Assembly: GCA_003707115.1 (NCBI GenBank)
Contig: PPNB01000005.1
Coordinates: 124,001 to 188,000 of the forward strand
Source: Tortispora ganteri
Lineage: Eukaryota
Direction: 5' to 3'
Length of the DNA stretch: 64,000 nucleotides
Part shown: positions 1 to 11,512 of the stretch, piece after piece
Position numbering within the stretch: position 1 is the first letter of the stretch
How the letters are laid out: the number at the start of each line of letters is the position of its first letter
The notes under the pieces: model-generated
What the model saw: the letters and a program-made list of their open reading frames with translations, nothing else
Database searches by the model: none
Told to the model about the DNA's origin: nothing
Position numbers and translations under genes: made by a program

Positions 1-259
1 CGTCCACCCCAGCGCCGACATGTGTTTATGACCAAATCTATTAACATCGTTAGACCACAAAGTATTTCTCGGATCTTTGCCAATTTTCTGCTTGTTCTGT
101 TTGCCTGCAAGGCCCATAGTCAAAGTTGCGTTATGGTGGGGAAGGAAAGAAGAAAAAAATATCAGGAATCAAGTATCCTTTTATTCTCCCAATGAAGCAA
201 AAGTACTACACAATGTAGGAAAATGTCATACAATCATATAAAATCGCACAATTTTAAGC

Positions 260-3058
260 CTAAATTTCAACAATTTTGGCTTTCTTTTTCTTCTTCACTT
301 TTGTTCGTGTAGTAGAAACATTAATATCGTCATCCACTGAGTTCTTTAGCTTCTTTTTGCTCTCAGACTTCTTCTTCGGCTTCTTCGATCGCGCCTCTTC
401 CAGTGCTAATGACTCCTTCACTTGCTTAATCGCTTCTTGCTCAGCGTCGTACTCTCCTTCCTTTAACTGCGGTTCAGCAAACAAATCAACGTCTTCTAGT
501 TGCTTGCGGTTAAGGTTGAATATACCCGCTTTGCTGCTACCTCTTGAGTGAGATACAGCTCTCGATTCGCTCGTTTCTTGTTCTTCCGTATCACCGCCTT
601 CTAAGTTCTCATCCGCAAGAATAGCTACTCGTGGCTTCCGCGCAGCTTTTTTCGCTTTATATTTCGATTTATCATTTAAACTCATTGCGCCAATCTCAGA
701 GGCTAAGCTCGACGAAAGATTGTCTGCAACAGCTGGCCCAGTAGACGGAATAGACTCATGGCTTCGGCCGCTAGGTGACCCTGAATCCATAATGTAGAAA
801 GGATCATCTCGCTGCCTGTTCATCCGTTCTTGCAGTTTCTGTGCAGTATCAGTTTCAGATATATCTTCAGATGACGGCTCATTACCTGACATTAGTTCGG
901 ACTGAATTTCGTCTTCGCCATCTCCGTCACTGCTGAGATCCCATTCAATGTTTTGCAGAATCGCAATTGCTTCGGAATCAATTGGAGCATCTAAGTCCAA
1001 GTCATGCGGAGGGCGGATTTTTCTTTGAGCAGAAGGAGCCATTGCATTAAGTTCCCATTCATTGAACAGCGAAGGCAGAGCCCGTACAATTAGTTTCGGC
1101 GGCTGGATCAGTCCATCAACTTCGGTTTCCGAACTCTGAACCAATGAATCGAGAATAATCTGGAAAAGCTCTAAAAATTCCACAGATCGCTCTTGTACTT
1201 CTATAACCATAGATTGTGAATGAATTTCGAGCCAGGAAATTAGTTCTTGTGCGAGTGATTTTGCAGACTTATAATGTTCCAAAGACCATTGCACATATTC
1301 CTCATTTGCAATGTACTGCGCATAACTCTCGTTAGAAGGACACACTTCATGTGCGTATACCTTGGGTAGTGCTTGCATCGCAGTAGCTAATAGAGAACTG
1401 GAGTCTACTGCTCGCAAGCTCTTAGTATACCTGATAACAGAACGAATAGCACCTGGTCGATCCTGAAGATAGTGTGCATGTTCTCCGATGATCCAGATAG
1501 CGTATTTAATGAGAGAAAAGTGAGGTTGCGCCTCTATAGAGCTTTGATTAGTAAAGGCAAGATCAATCAATGTTTTAGCGGCAGCCACAGACTCAGGGCG
1601 CACGTCGCGTACCCGAACTGTGATATTGCGCAATTCGAAGCCAATTCTATCTGCACAGTCTGGTAAATCTCCAGATAAACAGGAAAGATCTAGCAAAACA
1701 GACGTGTACCAGTCGAAGTTAGTAACATGTTCATAGTAGTTCGTTGAGCACATGTCTAAAATGGTATTTATCACAGCGACTCGGTAAGATACGGGAAGAA
1801 GAACAGTCATACCATAATCATTCCCAGATACATCTGATTGGATTAAGTTGCTAGCAGCATTCGCAGCTGGTGACCCTTCTGGTGGGTAATTTTTTGGGGC
1901 GGCTAATTGCAGCAGGAGTTTCGAAACCAAGTCGAATAGTGAATCTTCAGTAACAATTCCAGGCAGCAACGAAAGAGCACTACGGCGAATTGCAAAATCC
2001 TGGTCTGCAAGACAGTCGAGTACTGTTTGTAGTTCTGCAGCAATGACTTGAGGATGTGTTTTGACAATTTTCGCAAAGGCCAGGAGAGCAACGTACTTGA
2101 GATTTTGGTCAGCTTCTTGAAAGAAGAGTCTGAGGCGAGTAACTAGTAATTTCGCTAGAGAATAATCTTCGGCTTCTAACATGCCTGAAGATACCACGCA
2201 ATTGATCGCTTCATAGAGGATAGACATTGCTGATGTAGACTCGATGAGGTCGGTTAAGTAAGGTAGTAATTTTGGCTTGAGGCGTGGTTCAGCCGGAGTG
2301 AGTATAGCAAATAGTTTTATAAGTTTGATAGTCATCCAGTTGTTTGAGCTGGTAGTGAAAATGTCGAAGAGGTTTGGGGTGAGTGGAAGACAGTTATTCG
2401 GATTAGCCTTTGCGAGTTCGCATATGACGTTAACTGTTGCAGAAACGACCGATATGTCGGGATCTGCAAGTTTATCTTTGAGGCGCGGAAAGGCAATACG
2501 CAATGCATCAGGGAACTGGAGAAAAACTTTATAGAGCGCGAGAACTGCTTTCTTTCTAACATGAGGGCGAGAATGAGTGATCATGCGAATGAGGTCATCT
2601 GCTAGGTCTTGAGCCAAACCAGGAGTTACAATATTAGCAATTCCAGAGATCGCGACTGAAACATCCAAATGACTCGATGAAGAAAGATCTTTCTTCAGAA
2701 GATTTGTAGTAAGCATGAGTATGTCAGAATCTTTGCGGAATGATTGGATGGCAGCTAGGTAGCCAATGCGCTTCTGTTGGAATTTAGAGGAAGACATGAC
2801 TTCGAGGACGTGAAAAGCAGCCCATTCCATATCGTAGCCGTACATTTCCAGGTAAGCTAATTTGAGGACGGCCGTTGATTTTACATCGAGATCCTGGGAA
2901 CGACATTCTGCCTGACATTCGCGAATAACTTTGAGGAAGTATTGTCGCTGAGCGGCAGAGTTCTTCGGGGTTGTACGTAGGCCGCGAATAAGATCATGCA
3001 AAGATTTCTCAAAAGATAGCCCAAAGGGTCTAAGTCTGAGACGCAGGTCGTCAGACAT
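260..3058 (-). CDS. APL5: AP-3 adaptor complex delta subunit
   Basis: 932 aa ORF. Adaptin N-terminal motifs typical of AP-3 delta (FEKSLHDLIRGLR, KLAYLEMYGYDMEWAAFHVLEVMSS, EVQERSVEF) and a Lys-rich tail. Confidence 0.93.
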   Translation of the reverse strand: MSDDLRLRLRPFGLSFEKSLHDLIRGLRTTPKNSAAQRQYFLKVIRECQAECRSQDLDVKSTAVLKLAYLEMYGYDMEWAAFHVLEVMSSSKFQQKRIGYLAAIQSFRKDSDILMLTTNLLKKDLSSSSHLDVSVAISGIANIVTPGLAQDLADDLIRMITHSRPHVRKKAVLALYKVFLQFPDALRIAFPRLKDKLADPDISVVSATVNVICELAKANPNNCLPLTPNLFDIFTTSSNNWMTIKLIKLFAILTPAEPRLKPKLLPYLTDLIESTSAMSILYEAINCVVSSGMLEAEDYSLAKLLVTRLRLFFQEADQNLKYVALLAFAKIVKTHPQVIAAELQTVLDCLADQDFAIRRSALSLLPGIVTEDSLFDLVSKLLLQLAAPKNYPPEGSPAANAASNLIQSDVSGNDYGMTVLLPVSYRVAVINTILDMCSTNYYEHVTNFDWYTSVLLDLSCLSGDLPDCADRIGFELRNITVRVRDVRPESVAAAKTLIDLAFTNQSSIEAQPHFSLIKYAIWIIGEHAHYLQDRPGAIRSVIRYTKSLRAVDSSSLLATAMQALPKVYAHEVCPSNESYAQYIANEEYVQWSLEHYKSAKSLAQELISWLEIHSQSMVIEVQERSVEFLELFQIILDSLVQSSETEVDGLIQPPKLIVRALPSLFNEWELNAMAPSAQRKIRPPHDLDLDAPIDSEAIAILQNIEWDLSSDGDGEDEIQSELMSGNEPSSEDISETDTAQKLQERMNRQRDDPFYIMDSGSPSGRSHESIPSTGPAVADNLSSSLASEIGAMSLNDKSKYKAKKAARKPRVAILADENLEGGDTEEQETSESRAVSHSRGSSKAGIFNLNRKQLEDVDLFAEPQLKEGEYDAEQEAIKQVKESLALEEARSKKPKKKSESKKKLKNSVDDDINVSTTRTKVKKKKKAKIVEI

Positions 3059-3999
3059 AAGAGGCGATCAACGCGAGCAGTTGCTGATTGTCGTGGTGGT
3101 GCAAAGAGCAGGGTTTGAACACTGTGTGGGCCAAGAAGCCCTTAACCCAGGAGATCTTGGCTTTGGTTGCTAGGTGTAACCGGGACGTTGGGTAGTATTT
3201 GGCAGGCTCTGCAATTTAATAGTAACCTTCAGTAATGTTACATACAAATCAATAATTGATATAATAACTATAACTGCTGTAACTGAAGTGGTAGGTATAA
3301 TTTTTTTTGTTTTATAATTAGTAATTGATTATAAAACAGTTACTGGGAAGTAATAATGGCCACTCTAGCCACAAATGGATCACGAAATGACTAAATATCT
3401 ACTAATCACGCGAAACCTTATTTAATAATTTAAGGTTTTGCGAACCCCCCTCCCCCGGAGTTGATGATATTGTATGACCAACTTCGACCTAGACCCTACC
3501 GAAGACGTCCGGGGACGACTTTAACGACCTAATTATATACATAGTAGTGTATATAATTGTATAAATACCCTTGCATTGCGTTGATTTTCTATTGCTTGTC
3601 GTTTTTATTCGATATTTATTATTTCGTCTCAACGACCGCTTTCGTTAATTCCTCTGTTTCATCAGGGTGAGATAGAAGTGCCACTTTCGCCTATTTAACA
3701 GTCAGGCTTCGAAACACTTCGTATCGGCTAACTTGTACGTATATTCTCTTCGGAATTTATACCATCCTTGATTTATAAACATTTCTTTCCTGCTTGGAAA
3801 TTAGTTAGTGCAATTCTGCCCTTCCTCTTTTCGCCCCTTTTCGCATCTTTAGCCTACTACGGAAGCCCATTGCTTCTATAATTCGGCTAATTTGCGCTCG
3901 GAAACACCTGCAATCGCATCACAGTAAAACTAGTGATTTAAAAAAGCACTTACAGTGCCACTTTCCGTTAAATCTTCGTCCTAGCCCTCCATTGCGATT

Positions 4000-6048
4000 A
4001 TGACTGAATCTCATCCCGACATGCAGCAGCCCTATGCAGCAACTCAAAGCCCCGCTAACACATACGCCTCTGACCAGTCTGTACAGTCTGTTCAATTGTC
4101 TCAAAACTCTCCCCCAATTGCACCGGGATATGTTCAGATGACAGGATACCCCGCATACGACCCGTACGCGATGCCGACTTCACTAGGAATGGCTTATTAC
4201 CCTCAGGACCCGAACGCTCCTCCACCTATGCCTCCTATGGGTATGATGTCTTCGCCGTACGCTCCACCTATGGGAGACCCGGCAAATACTATGTCGGCAA
4301 ACTCGAGTTTTCATAGGTCACCCCAAGACATTGGCGCAGGTACTGACCCGGGTTCCGATAGATCTTTTCCGCAACAGTCAGCCATCCCCGGTCCTCACTT
4401 CGCTCCTCCTCCAGGCTCCCTTGCAATGCCTGTACCAATGCCTTTCCAATATTCTGCGGGCGCAATACCGCAATTGCCCCGCTCAATGATGTATCCAATG
4501 ACTCCAGGATTTCCCCCTGGTATGCCAATATCCCCTGGCATGCCACGTCAACATTCGCGAAATGGCTCTAATCGTCATAATGGAGCAAGTCCTTCCCAAA
4601 GGCCACAGCAAATGTATTACAATCGTCAATTTTACAATCAACAGCAAGGATATGGGTATGCGAACCCTGGCAGGAAGAGCTTTTCTACCTCCCGCGCACC
4701 TGTATCGTTGCCTCGCGGACCACCTAGGAAACCAAAGCAATCCGGACACGCACTATGGGTTGGCAATTTACCGGCGGGTGCCACTGTATTGGAAATAAGA
4801 GACATATTTGCTGCGGACGGCATTGAATCCGTTTTCTTGATTTCAAAATCATCTTGTGCTTTTGTAAACTATCAAACAGAAGCTCAAGCTGCCGCGGCAT
4901 TGGAGAAATTTAAGTCTGCTCCAGTCATACTTCATGGTGCAGAACTTGTTGCAAGATTCAGAAGAGACCCTTCAACTAATCCTAACAATTCGAGAAATTC
5001 TGGATATACGGATTGGGCCCAAACTAGACCATTTGCTGTGCAAACTATTTATGGTCCTTCTCCACCCAATTTACCTCCTCGTCCTCATCAAGAGAATTCC
5101 TATTTCATAATAAAATCTCTGACGTTGGAAGATTTGGACCTATCATTGAGACTAGGCGTATGGGCTACTCAACCCCATAACGAGCCTGTGTTCAATGAGG
5201 CGTTTGAGAAATCCGATAACGTTTATCTCATTTTTTCTGCAAACAAATCTGGCGAGTATTACGGATATGCTCGTATGTCATCGAAAATCGGTAAGCATGA
5301 TGACTCTGATGTATTGCTAGAATGGTCGAAACTAAAGCAAAAGGCACAGCAGCGACGTACAGCCACGCGAGCTACTGAAACTTCCGAGCCTGCGAAGGAT
5401 ACTATAACTACGCCTCGGACTGAATCGCCGGCAATTACACCGACGGATTCAACACCATCGGAAGTGAGTGCCCCTTTAGAGGTTAGAGTAGCGCAAGATG
5501 CGTTATTCGCTGATTCCGACGACGCTGATTTGCCTAAAATGATGCAAACTCAGCCGGGGGATAACATTCCATCGGGTCGAGTAGTGGACGATTCCGTTAG
5601 AGGCACTATGTTCTGGGAAGCCTTAAAAGATCCAAATGAAGAAACATCTCCTGGTTGTGAGGAATCTCAAGATGTGGACAAGACATGGGGAATGCCGTTC
5701 AAGATCAAGTGGGAGTCCACTAATAAGATACCATTTTTCCGTACGCGGTACTTAAGGAACTCATGGAATGGCAATCTGGAAGTTAAGATTGCTAGAGATG
5801 GCACAGAAGTTGAGCCGTATGTTGGTGCTTGTTTACTGGAGCTTTTCAAGGAGCAGCCAGTGATGCCAGCACCACAGCCGATAGATGCTGTGCCTATAAT
5901 GATGGGATCGATCGCTCCACAGGTTGCTGTTGCTGGTGCTCCTGTACCGATGCCTGTTGCCAATCTTTCATCAGAGGTCGCAAATCCAACTTCTTCCTTA
6001 GTAGAGTCGATGGATAAACTGGATATACATAGTGCGGAACAAAACTAA
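4000..6048 (+). CDS. RRM + YTH (YT521-B-like) RNA-binding protein with a Pro/Met/Gln-rich N-terminus
   Basis: RRM (ALWVGNLP...CAFVNY) and YTH motifs (YFIIKS...GVWATQ...VYLIFSANKSGEYYGYARM...LRNSWNGNLEVKIARDGTEVEP). Confidence 0.88.
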   Translation: MTESHPDMQQPYAATQSPANTYASDQSVQSVQLSQNSPPIAPGYVQMTGYPAYDPYAMPTSLGMAYYPQDPNAPPPMPPMGMMSSPYAPPMGDPANTMSANSSFHRSPQDIGAGTDPGSDRSFPQQSAIPGPHFAPPPGSLAMPVPMPFQYSAGAIPQLPRSMMYPMTPGFPPGMPISPGMPRQHSRNGSNRHNGASPSQRPQQMYYNRQFYNQQQGYGYANPGRKSFSTSRAPVSLPRGPPRKPKQSGHALWVGNLPAGATVLEIRDIFAADGIESVFLISKSSCAFVNYQTEAQAAAALEKFKSAPVILHGAELVARFRRDPSTNPNNSRNSGYTDWAQTRPFAVQTIYGPSPPNLPPRPHQENSYFIIKSLTLEDLDLSLRLGVWATQPHNEPVFNEAFEKSDNVYLIFSANKSGEYYGYARMSSKIGKHDDSDVLLEWSKLKQKAQQRRTATRATETSEPAKDTITTPRTESPAITPTDSTPSEVSAPLEVRVAQDALFADSDDADLPKMMQTQPGDNIPSGRVVDDSVRGTMFWEALKDPNEETSPGCEESQDVDKTWGMPFKIKWESTNKIPFFRTRYLRNSWNGNLEVKIARDGTEVEPYVGACLLELFKEQPVMPAPQPIDAVPIMMGSIAPQVAVAGAPVPMPVANLSSEVANPTSSLVESMDKLDIHSAEQN

Positions 6049-6288
6049 AGAAGGGAAGGCGAAATACTGAGAAAACGCACTGAAACTCCTGTAGGTCAGA
6101 GAATCACTCAAGCACGCAATTTTAGGGATACTTGATTGCGATGTCAATTTTTAATCTGATCATGGCACACAAAGCATCAAGAATGTGCCAGATCTACTAA
6201 ACTACCCTATCAGGACTGTTTGCAACAGAATCGTTGTAGTTATCGTACAGCAATGTAGAAGATATTCTTAAGAACCAAAAAACTTGAG

Positions 6289-6296
6289 TTACCCGG
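6289..6296 (+). promoter_or_regulatory. Reb1-type site TTACCCGG upstream of ALA1
   Basis: Exact match; the same motif occurs at 12613-12620, 58225-58232, 63248-63255 (reverse) and as TTACCCG at 36660-36666, all intergenic. Confidence 0.6.
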
Positions 6297-6418
6297 CTTT
6301 AGTACTTCTAACAAAATTCACCACATTCATCAATTTGTGACTCTTTCTAACCACAATTCGATCTACAGCGAGAGGATTTTTTAGAGCGGCAAAGCCCGTT
6401 TTAACTAGAAATAACATA

Positions 6419-9325
6419 ATGAGCTCTTCTACTAATGATATTGAATGGCCGGCGCAAAAGGTGCGCACTGCATTCCTTGACTACTTCATGGCCACACGAG
6501 GTCATACATATGTTCCTTCATCCTCTGTTATTCCTTACGATGACCCAACTCTTCTTTTTACGAATGCCGGAATGAATCAGTACAAGAGTATTTTTCTTGG
6601 AACTGTTGATCCTAGCTCTTCGTTTGCTAAGCTTAAACGTGCGTGCAACTCGCAGAAGTGTATACGCGCTGGAGGAAAGCATAACGATCTTGAAGATGTC
6701 GGCAAGGACAGTTACCATCATACTTCGTTCGAAATGCTTGGAAACTGGTCTTTCGGAGATTACTTCAAAAAAGAGGCTATCTCATGGTCTTGGGAACTAC
6801 TTACAAAAATATACAAGCTTGATCCCGCTAACTTATATGTCACCTACTTTGAGGGTGATGAGAAAATGGGTCTTGGACCGGACTTAGAAGCTCGTCAGTT
6901 CTGGCTTGAAACGGGAGTTCCTGAAGATCATATTCTTAAAGGTGATTCAAAGGATAATTTCTGGGAAATGGGTGACCAAGGCCCATGTGGCCCTTGCTCT
7001 GAAATCCATTTCGATCGTATAGGCGGACGTAATGCTGCGCATCTAGTCAATCAGGATGATCCGAATGTTCTCGAAATCTGGAACAACGTCTTCATCCAAT
7101 ACAATCGTGAAGCAGACGGTTCTTTGAAGCCACTGCCCAATAAACATGTCGATACAGGCTTAGGTTTCGAACGTCTAGTATCCATCATGCAAGGTAAAAT
7201 GTCCAATTATGATACCGACGTTTTCACTCCTATATTTGAACGCATCCAACAAGTTACTGGTTCTAGACCATATTCTGGAAAGTTTGGAGCCGACGACACT
7301 GATGGTATCGACATGGCGTATCGTGTTATTGCTGATCATGTACGTACTCTTTCTTGGGCGATTGCTGATGGCGGAGTTCCTAACAATGAAGGACGCGGAT
7401 ACGTATTACGTCGTATTCTGCGTCGTGGTGCTCGATTTGCGCGAAGAAAATTCGATGCTCCTATTGGTCACTTTTTTTCGCAAATTGTGCCGACTGTTGT
7501 CGACCAACTTGGTGAAATTTTTCCCGAATTGCGCAAGAATACCGAGAATATATATGAGATACTTGACGAGGAAGAAGAATCTTTTGCCAGAACTCTGGAT
7601 CGCGGTGAAAAGTTGTTTGAATCCTATGCTCAGGAGGCAAAGAAGGGCAACGGTATACTTGACGGCCGCGACGTTTGGCGTTTGTATGACACATATGGTT
7701 TTCCTGTTGATTTGACTCGTATAATGGCCGAAGAAGCTGGCTTAGATATTGATGAGAAAGGTTTTGAAGCTGCGCAACTTGCTGCTAAGGAAGCTTCTAA
7801 AGGAGGAAAGAAATTTTCAGGTAGAGACTCATTGCTGAAGTTAGATGTCAATGCTTTGGATGATCTAAATCGTCGTGAAGGTAGCCAAGCTATTGCGAAA
7901 ACTGATGATAGCTTCAAGTTTGAGACAGGAACTGTTGAGGGCAGCATAAAAGCTATTTTTACCAGAGATGGCTTTGTGCAGTCCATTGAAGATACTGAAA
8001 TCGAATGTGGTTTGGTTCTAGATAAAACGAATTTTTACGCAGAACAAGGTGGACAAGAGTACGATACTGGACGTATTGTTATAGACGGAAAGTCTGAATT
8101 TGAAGTTACAAATGTTCAAGTTTACGCTGGATACGTCTTACATACGGGTAGAATGAAATACGGTTCTTTGAAGGTTGATGACAAGGTCATTGCAGAGTAC
8201 GACGAACTTAGACGTTGGCCGTTACGCAATAATCACACTGGTACTCATATCCTGAACTTTGCATTGAGGGAGGTTTTGGGTGACGGTGTAGACCAGAAGG
8301 GCTCTCTTGTTGCTGCTGAGAAACTGCGTTTTGATTTCTCGCACAAGGCAGCATTATCTTCGAAAGAGCTTGGTAAAGTTGAGGATATCTGCTCTGAGTA
8401 CTTAAAGCGTAACGATTCTGTTTATACTATGGAGGTTCCTCTAGATATTGCTACTAGCATTGCTGGTGTTCGTGCTGTCTTTGGCGAGACATATCCTGAC
8501 CCTGTTAGAGTTGTTTCCATTGGCGTCCCTGTCGAGAATCTGGTCAATGACCCTAACAATGAGACTTGGAAACAGATCAGCATTGAATTTTGTGGAGGAA
8601 CGCATGTCAAGAAAACTGGAGATATAAAGGAACTTGTAATCCTCGAAGAAAGTGGAATTGCGAAGGGCATTCGTCGTATAATTGCCGTTACTGGCTCAGA
8701 TGCGTACGAAGTGCAAAAAGAAGGCCAACATTGGGAAGAGAAATTGAAACATCTTGATTCGCTACCTGCTGGAGCGGAGAAAGAAGCACTCTCGAAGAAA
8801 CTTGGATTTGAACTCGGTAGCGCTACGCTTGCTGTTCTTAAGAAACAAGAACTTCGTGAATTTCACAATAAGATTCAGAAGAAAGTCACTGAAGATAGTA
8901 AACTGCGACAAAAAGAGCAAGCTAAAAAGGTTATTGAAAGTGTTGTTAAACACTTTGAAGGCGATGACGCTAAGAAGTATGCTGTCATTAGTGTTGAAGG
9001 AATCGGCGCTAATACCAAAGCTGTTTCTGAAGGACTTAACTATGTCAAATCGAAACTTCCTGAAGTCGAATCAGTATATATTATTGGACTGCCAGAAGAT
9101 GGACAGGGTGAATCCAAGGTTGCTCATGGAGCATTCGTTGCTCCGACTGTCTCAGAATCCAAATCGATTACTGCACAGGAGCTAACTAATATTACAAGTG
9201 AACTGCTCGGGGGTAAGGCTGGTGGTAAAGGACCGCTTAGCCAAGGTGTCGCCAACAACGCTAACAAAATAACTGAAGCAGTTGAAGCCTTGACCAGTGT
9301 CTTTGAATCCAAGTTGAATATCTAG
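6419..9325 (+). CDS. ALA1: Alanyl-tRNA synthetase, cytosolic AUG form; a probable mitochondrial isoform starts at ATT 6356
   Basis: [28 protein letters not shown], editing-domain HTGTH and EFCGGTH motifs. Confidence 0.97.
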   Translation: MSSSTNDIEWPAQKVRTAFLDYFMATRGHTYVPSSSVIPYDDPTLLFTNAGMNQYKSIFLGTVDPSSSFAKLKRACNSQKCIRAGGKHNDLEDVGKDSYHHTSFEMLGNWSFGDYFKKEAISWSWELLTKIYKLDPANLYVTYFEGDEKMGLGPDLEARQFWLETGVPEDHILKGDSKDNFWEMGDQGPCGPCSEIHFDRIGGRNAAHLVNQDDPNVLEIWNNVFIQYNREADGSLKPLPNKHVDTGLGFERLVSIMQGKMSNYDTDVFTPIFERIQQVTGSRPYSGKFGADDTDGIDMAYRVIADHVRTLSWAIADGGVPNNEGRGYVLRRILRRGARFARRKFDAPIGHFFSQIVPTVVDQLGEIFPELRKNTENIYEILDEEEESFARTLDRGEKLFESYAQEAKKGNGILDGRDVWRLYDTYGFPVDLTRIMAEEAGLDIDEKGFEAAQLAAKEASKGGKKFSGRDSLLKLDVNALDDLNRREGSQAIAKTDDSFKFETGTVEGSIKAIFTRDGFVQSIEDTEIECGLVLDKTNFYAEQGGQEYDTGRIVIDGKSEFEVTNVQVYAGYVLHTGRMKYGSLKVDDKVIAEYDELRRWPLRNNHTGTHILNFALREVLGDGVDQKGSLVAAEKLRFDFSHKAALSSKELGKVEDICSEYLKRNDSVYTMEVPLDIATSIAGVRAVFGETYPDPVRVVSIGVPVENLVNDPNNETWKQISIEFCGGTHVKKTGDIKELVILEESGIAKGIRRIIAVTGSDAYEVQKEGQHWEEKLKHLDSLPAGAEKEALSKKLGFELGSATLAVLKKQELREFHNKIQKKVTEDSKLRQKEQAKKVIESVVKHFEGDDAKKYAVISVEGIGANTKAVSEGLNYVKSKLPEVESVYIIGLPEDGQGESKVAHGAFVAPTVSESKSITAQELTNITSELLGGKAGGKGPLSQGVANNANKITEAVEALTSVFESKLNI

Positions 9326-9637
9326 AATTTATTATTTTACTACAGTTCTCATACACATTATAAATTCCACCTAATGCAAATTCCAGCAGCGTAGAACTTA
9401 GACTAATATTTTTAGTTTGCTCAGAAAGAGTAGGCACAGTAAGAAACCCATAAAATTAAGACTAAGGGAAGCAAAAAAACAAAAACAAATAAACAAACAT
9501 GGACATTCCTATAGAAAGTATACAACTGGAAACTTGAGCTATAAGCTGTCATATAAAGAACAATCATCAAAGGGAAGAAGAGATTAAAACAAATATTAGG
9601 CACATAAAGAATCATCGGAGAGAATAGGTCGTTCAGT

Positions 9638-10852
9638 TTACGGGTGCTCAACTCCTGGATTAGACATAGATGAAGAACGCTGAGCAGCTGTAGATGTTTC
9701 TGCTGCATTAGATGTGGATTCTTCGTCTGTTCGGTTGGGAGAGGCCCGGCCACGGACGCGATTAATAAAGCGAGTAATAGAAGATCCAGCTGCGTTGCTG
9801 GTAGTGGTTCCTTCATTGCGTGAACCAGCAGTGTTTTGCTGCAAAGATTGGCGACGATAATAGACATAACTCGGTCTTGCATTCATAGCCATCGCAAAGG
9901 GGAAATGCGAAGAATACACACCGAGAGCAGCAGAAGACCGTCGTCTCTGGGAAGCAATAGCAGCGTTACTTTGAATATCATCGGAATCATCATTACCTGA
10001 ATCATTAGCTGGTCGTTTAAAATAGTCAGTTTTGCAAAGCGGACAGCATGCTCTTCTGGTAGTGAACCAGGGCGTTATGCAGTCGCTGTGGAAGACATGT
10101 CTACAGGTGAGACCACGAACTTCGGAATCATCTGTAAAGTTGTCTAGGCATATAGCACATGTGTCATATGTGTCTAAATCTTCCGGGAGATCAGTAACAG
10201 TGTCAGCATTTTCTTCGTCGTTGTCAAGGGGCAGATTGTCAGAGGCGAGTTTATCAAAAGAATGAGGATTGGCTGAGTTGTCAGAGGAAGGGATTTCAGT
10301 GACGTCCATCTCATTGGGGATGGCAGTACTTTTTGAGTCTTTGGGATCGATAGACTCATCGGGCAGAGATATTCTGTCTGATTTGTTCTCTTGTTGTACA
10401 TGTCGAATCTGCGCGCGTTGCACTTCACGCTCGGCATGGACAGCGGCAACGGACGCACGAGAGCGTTGTTCGCGCCACTCTTTGTAGGTTTCTACAGGAA
10501 ATCGAATATTGACTTCCTCTTCCGACATCAATTTACGTTCGCGCCTGTTGTTGAGGTCGCCTAGAACGATGCGATCAAAGGCGCCGAGGCCAGGGCCCAG
10601 ATTCTCAGGCCCATAGCCACCTTGGTTGCCAAATCTCGCACGAGCACGTTGCCGCAGGCAGTATCGCGTACCCAAGACAATCCATAAGTTCGCGAACACT
10701 ACACCAAACCCTAATGCGACAAAAAATAGCAGTGGTGAACTGGAAGAAGACGAGCCAGAAGTGTGCGAGGATGTGGGCGAAGAGGTGTCTAAGGTAGATG
10801 TGGGTGAGGCGAGCGTTGTACTGCTGAAAGTAACAGAGGCAGTGTCCGACAT
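9638..10852 (-). CDS. Membrane-anchored RING-H2 E3 ubiquitin ligase (ATL-like)
   Basis: Ser/Thr-rich N-terminus, one TM helix (LLFFVALGFGVVFANLWIVLG), RING-H2 CAIC...CRHVFHSDC...W...CPLC. Confidence 0.85.
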   Translation of the reverse strand: MSDTASVTFSSTTLASPTSTLDTSSPTSSHTSGSSSSSSPLLFFVALGFGVVFANLWIVLGTRYCLRQRARARFGNQGGYGPENLGPGLGAFDRIVLGDLNNRRERKLMSEEEVNIRFPVETYKEWREQRSRASVAAVHAEREVQRAQIRHVQQENKSDRISLPDESIDPKDSKSTAIPNEMDVTEIPSSDNSANPHSFDKLASDNLPLDNDEENADTVTDLPEDLDTYDTCAICLDNFTDDSEVRGLTCRHVFHSDCITPWFTTRRACCPLCKTDYFKRPANDSGNDDSDDIQSNAAIASQRRRSSAALGVYSSHFPFAMAMNARPSYVYYRRQSLQQNTAGSRNEGTTTSNAAGSSITRFINRVRGRASPNRTDEESTSNAAETSTAAQRSSSMSNPGVEHP

Positions 10853-11512
10853 ACTGAGCAGGAAAATCTAATATATGCAAGAGTTTCGCCTACGGAATAG
10901 CTATGTATAAAGCTAGAAGGGGTATAGGAGTCGGAAGTCTGCGATCTGCAGGATGAGGTAAAGATAATGCAATGAACAAAGTGACGCAAAAGATCAAGTT
11001 TGAGCTTAAGTTCAGTTTGAAATTAGGAGTATTAGTCACAAAAACTCCTTAGTATATGAAAAGAAGCCCACAGAGAGCGTTTAGAATCCTTACGCAACCC
11101 AATATAGCGAAAATGTACTGTGTAGGAAGGATTTGGCAGAGTTGCTGTATTATATTGTCGCCTCTGAAGGTTTTAGAGTTCATGCTCTTCCACCCCGCCA
11201 AAGTTTACATATATTGACCAATAGGAGCACCTGTACAAGTTGGGTAAGGGTTGCGCCACGATTGGCAAGCCTGTATGTATATGATGGGGGGCTTATGTGA
11301 AGGAATGCCAGTCTACATAAGTTGTTTCAGTATAAGACAAGAGTTTGTTGTTAAAATTCTAGACGCCTAGAGGTAAATAACGCCGAAGAACAGAAATCGA
11401 TTTTGATTTTGTTACTATTCTTCAAGGCTGAGAGGAGGGAGATGTAGAAGGGTGGGCATGGTTTATGTCGACAAAAGAGTAAAAGGGGAGTAACACGCGA
11501 CAGCTTGCTAAA

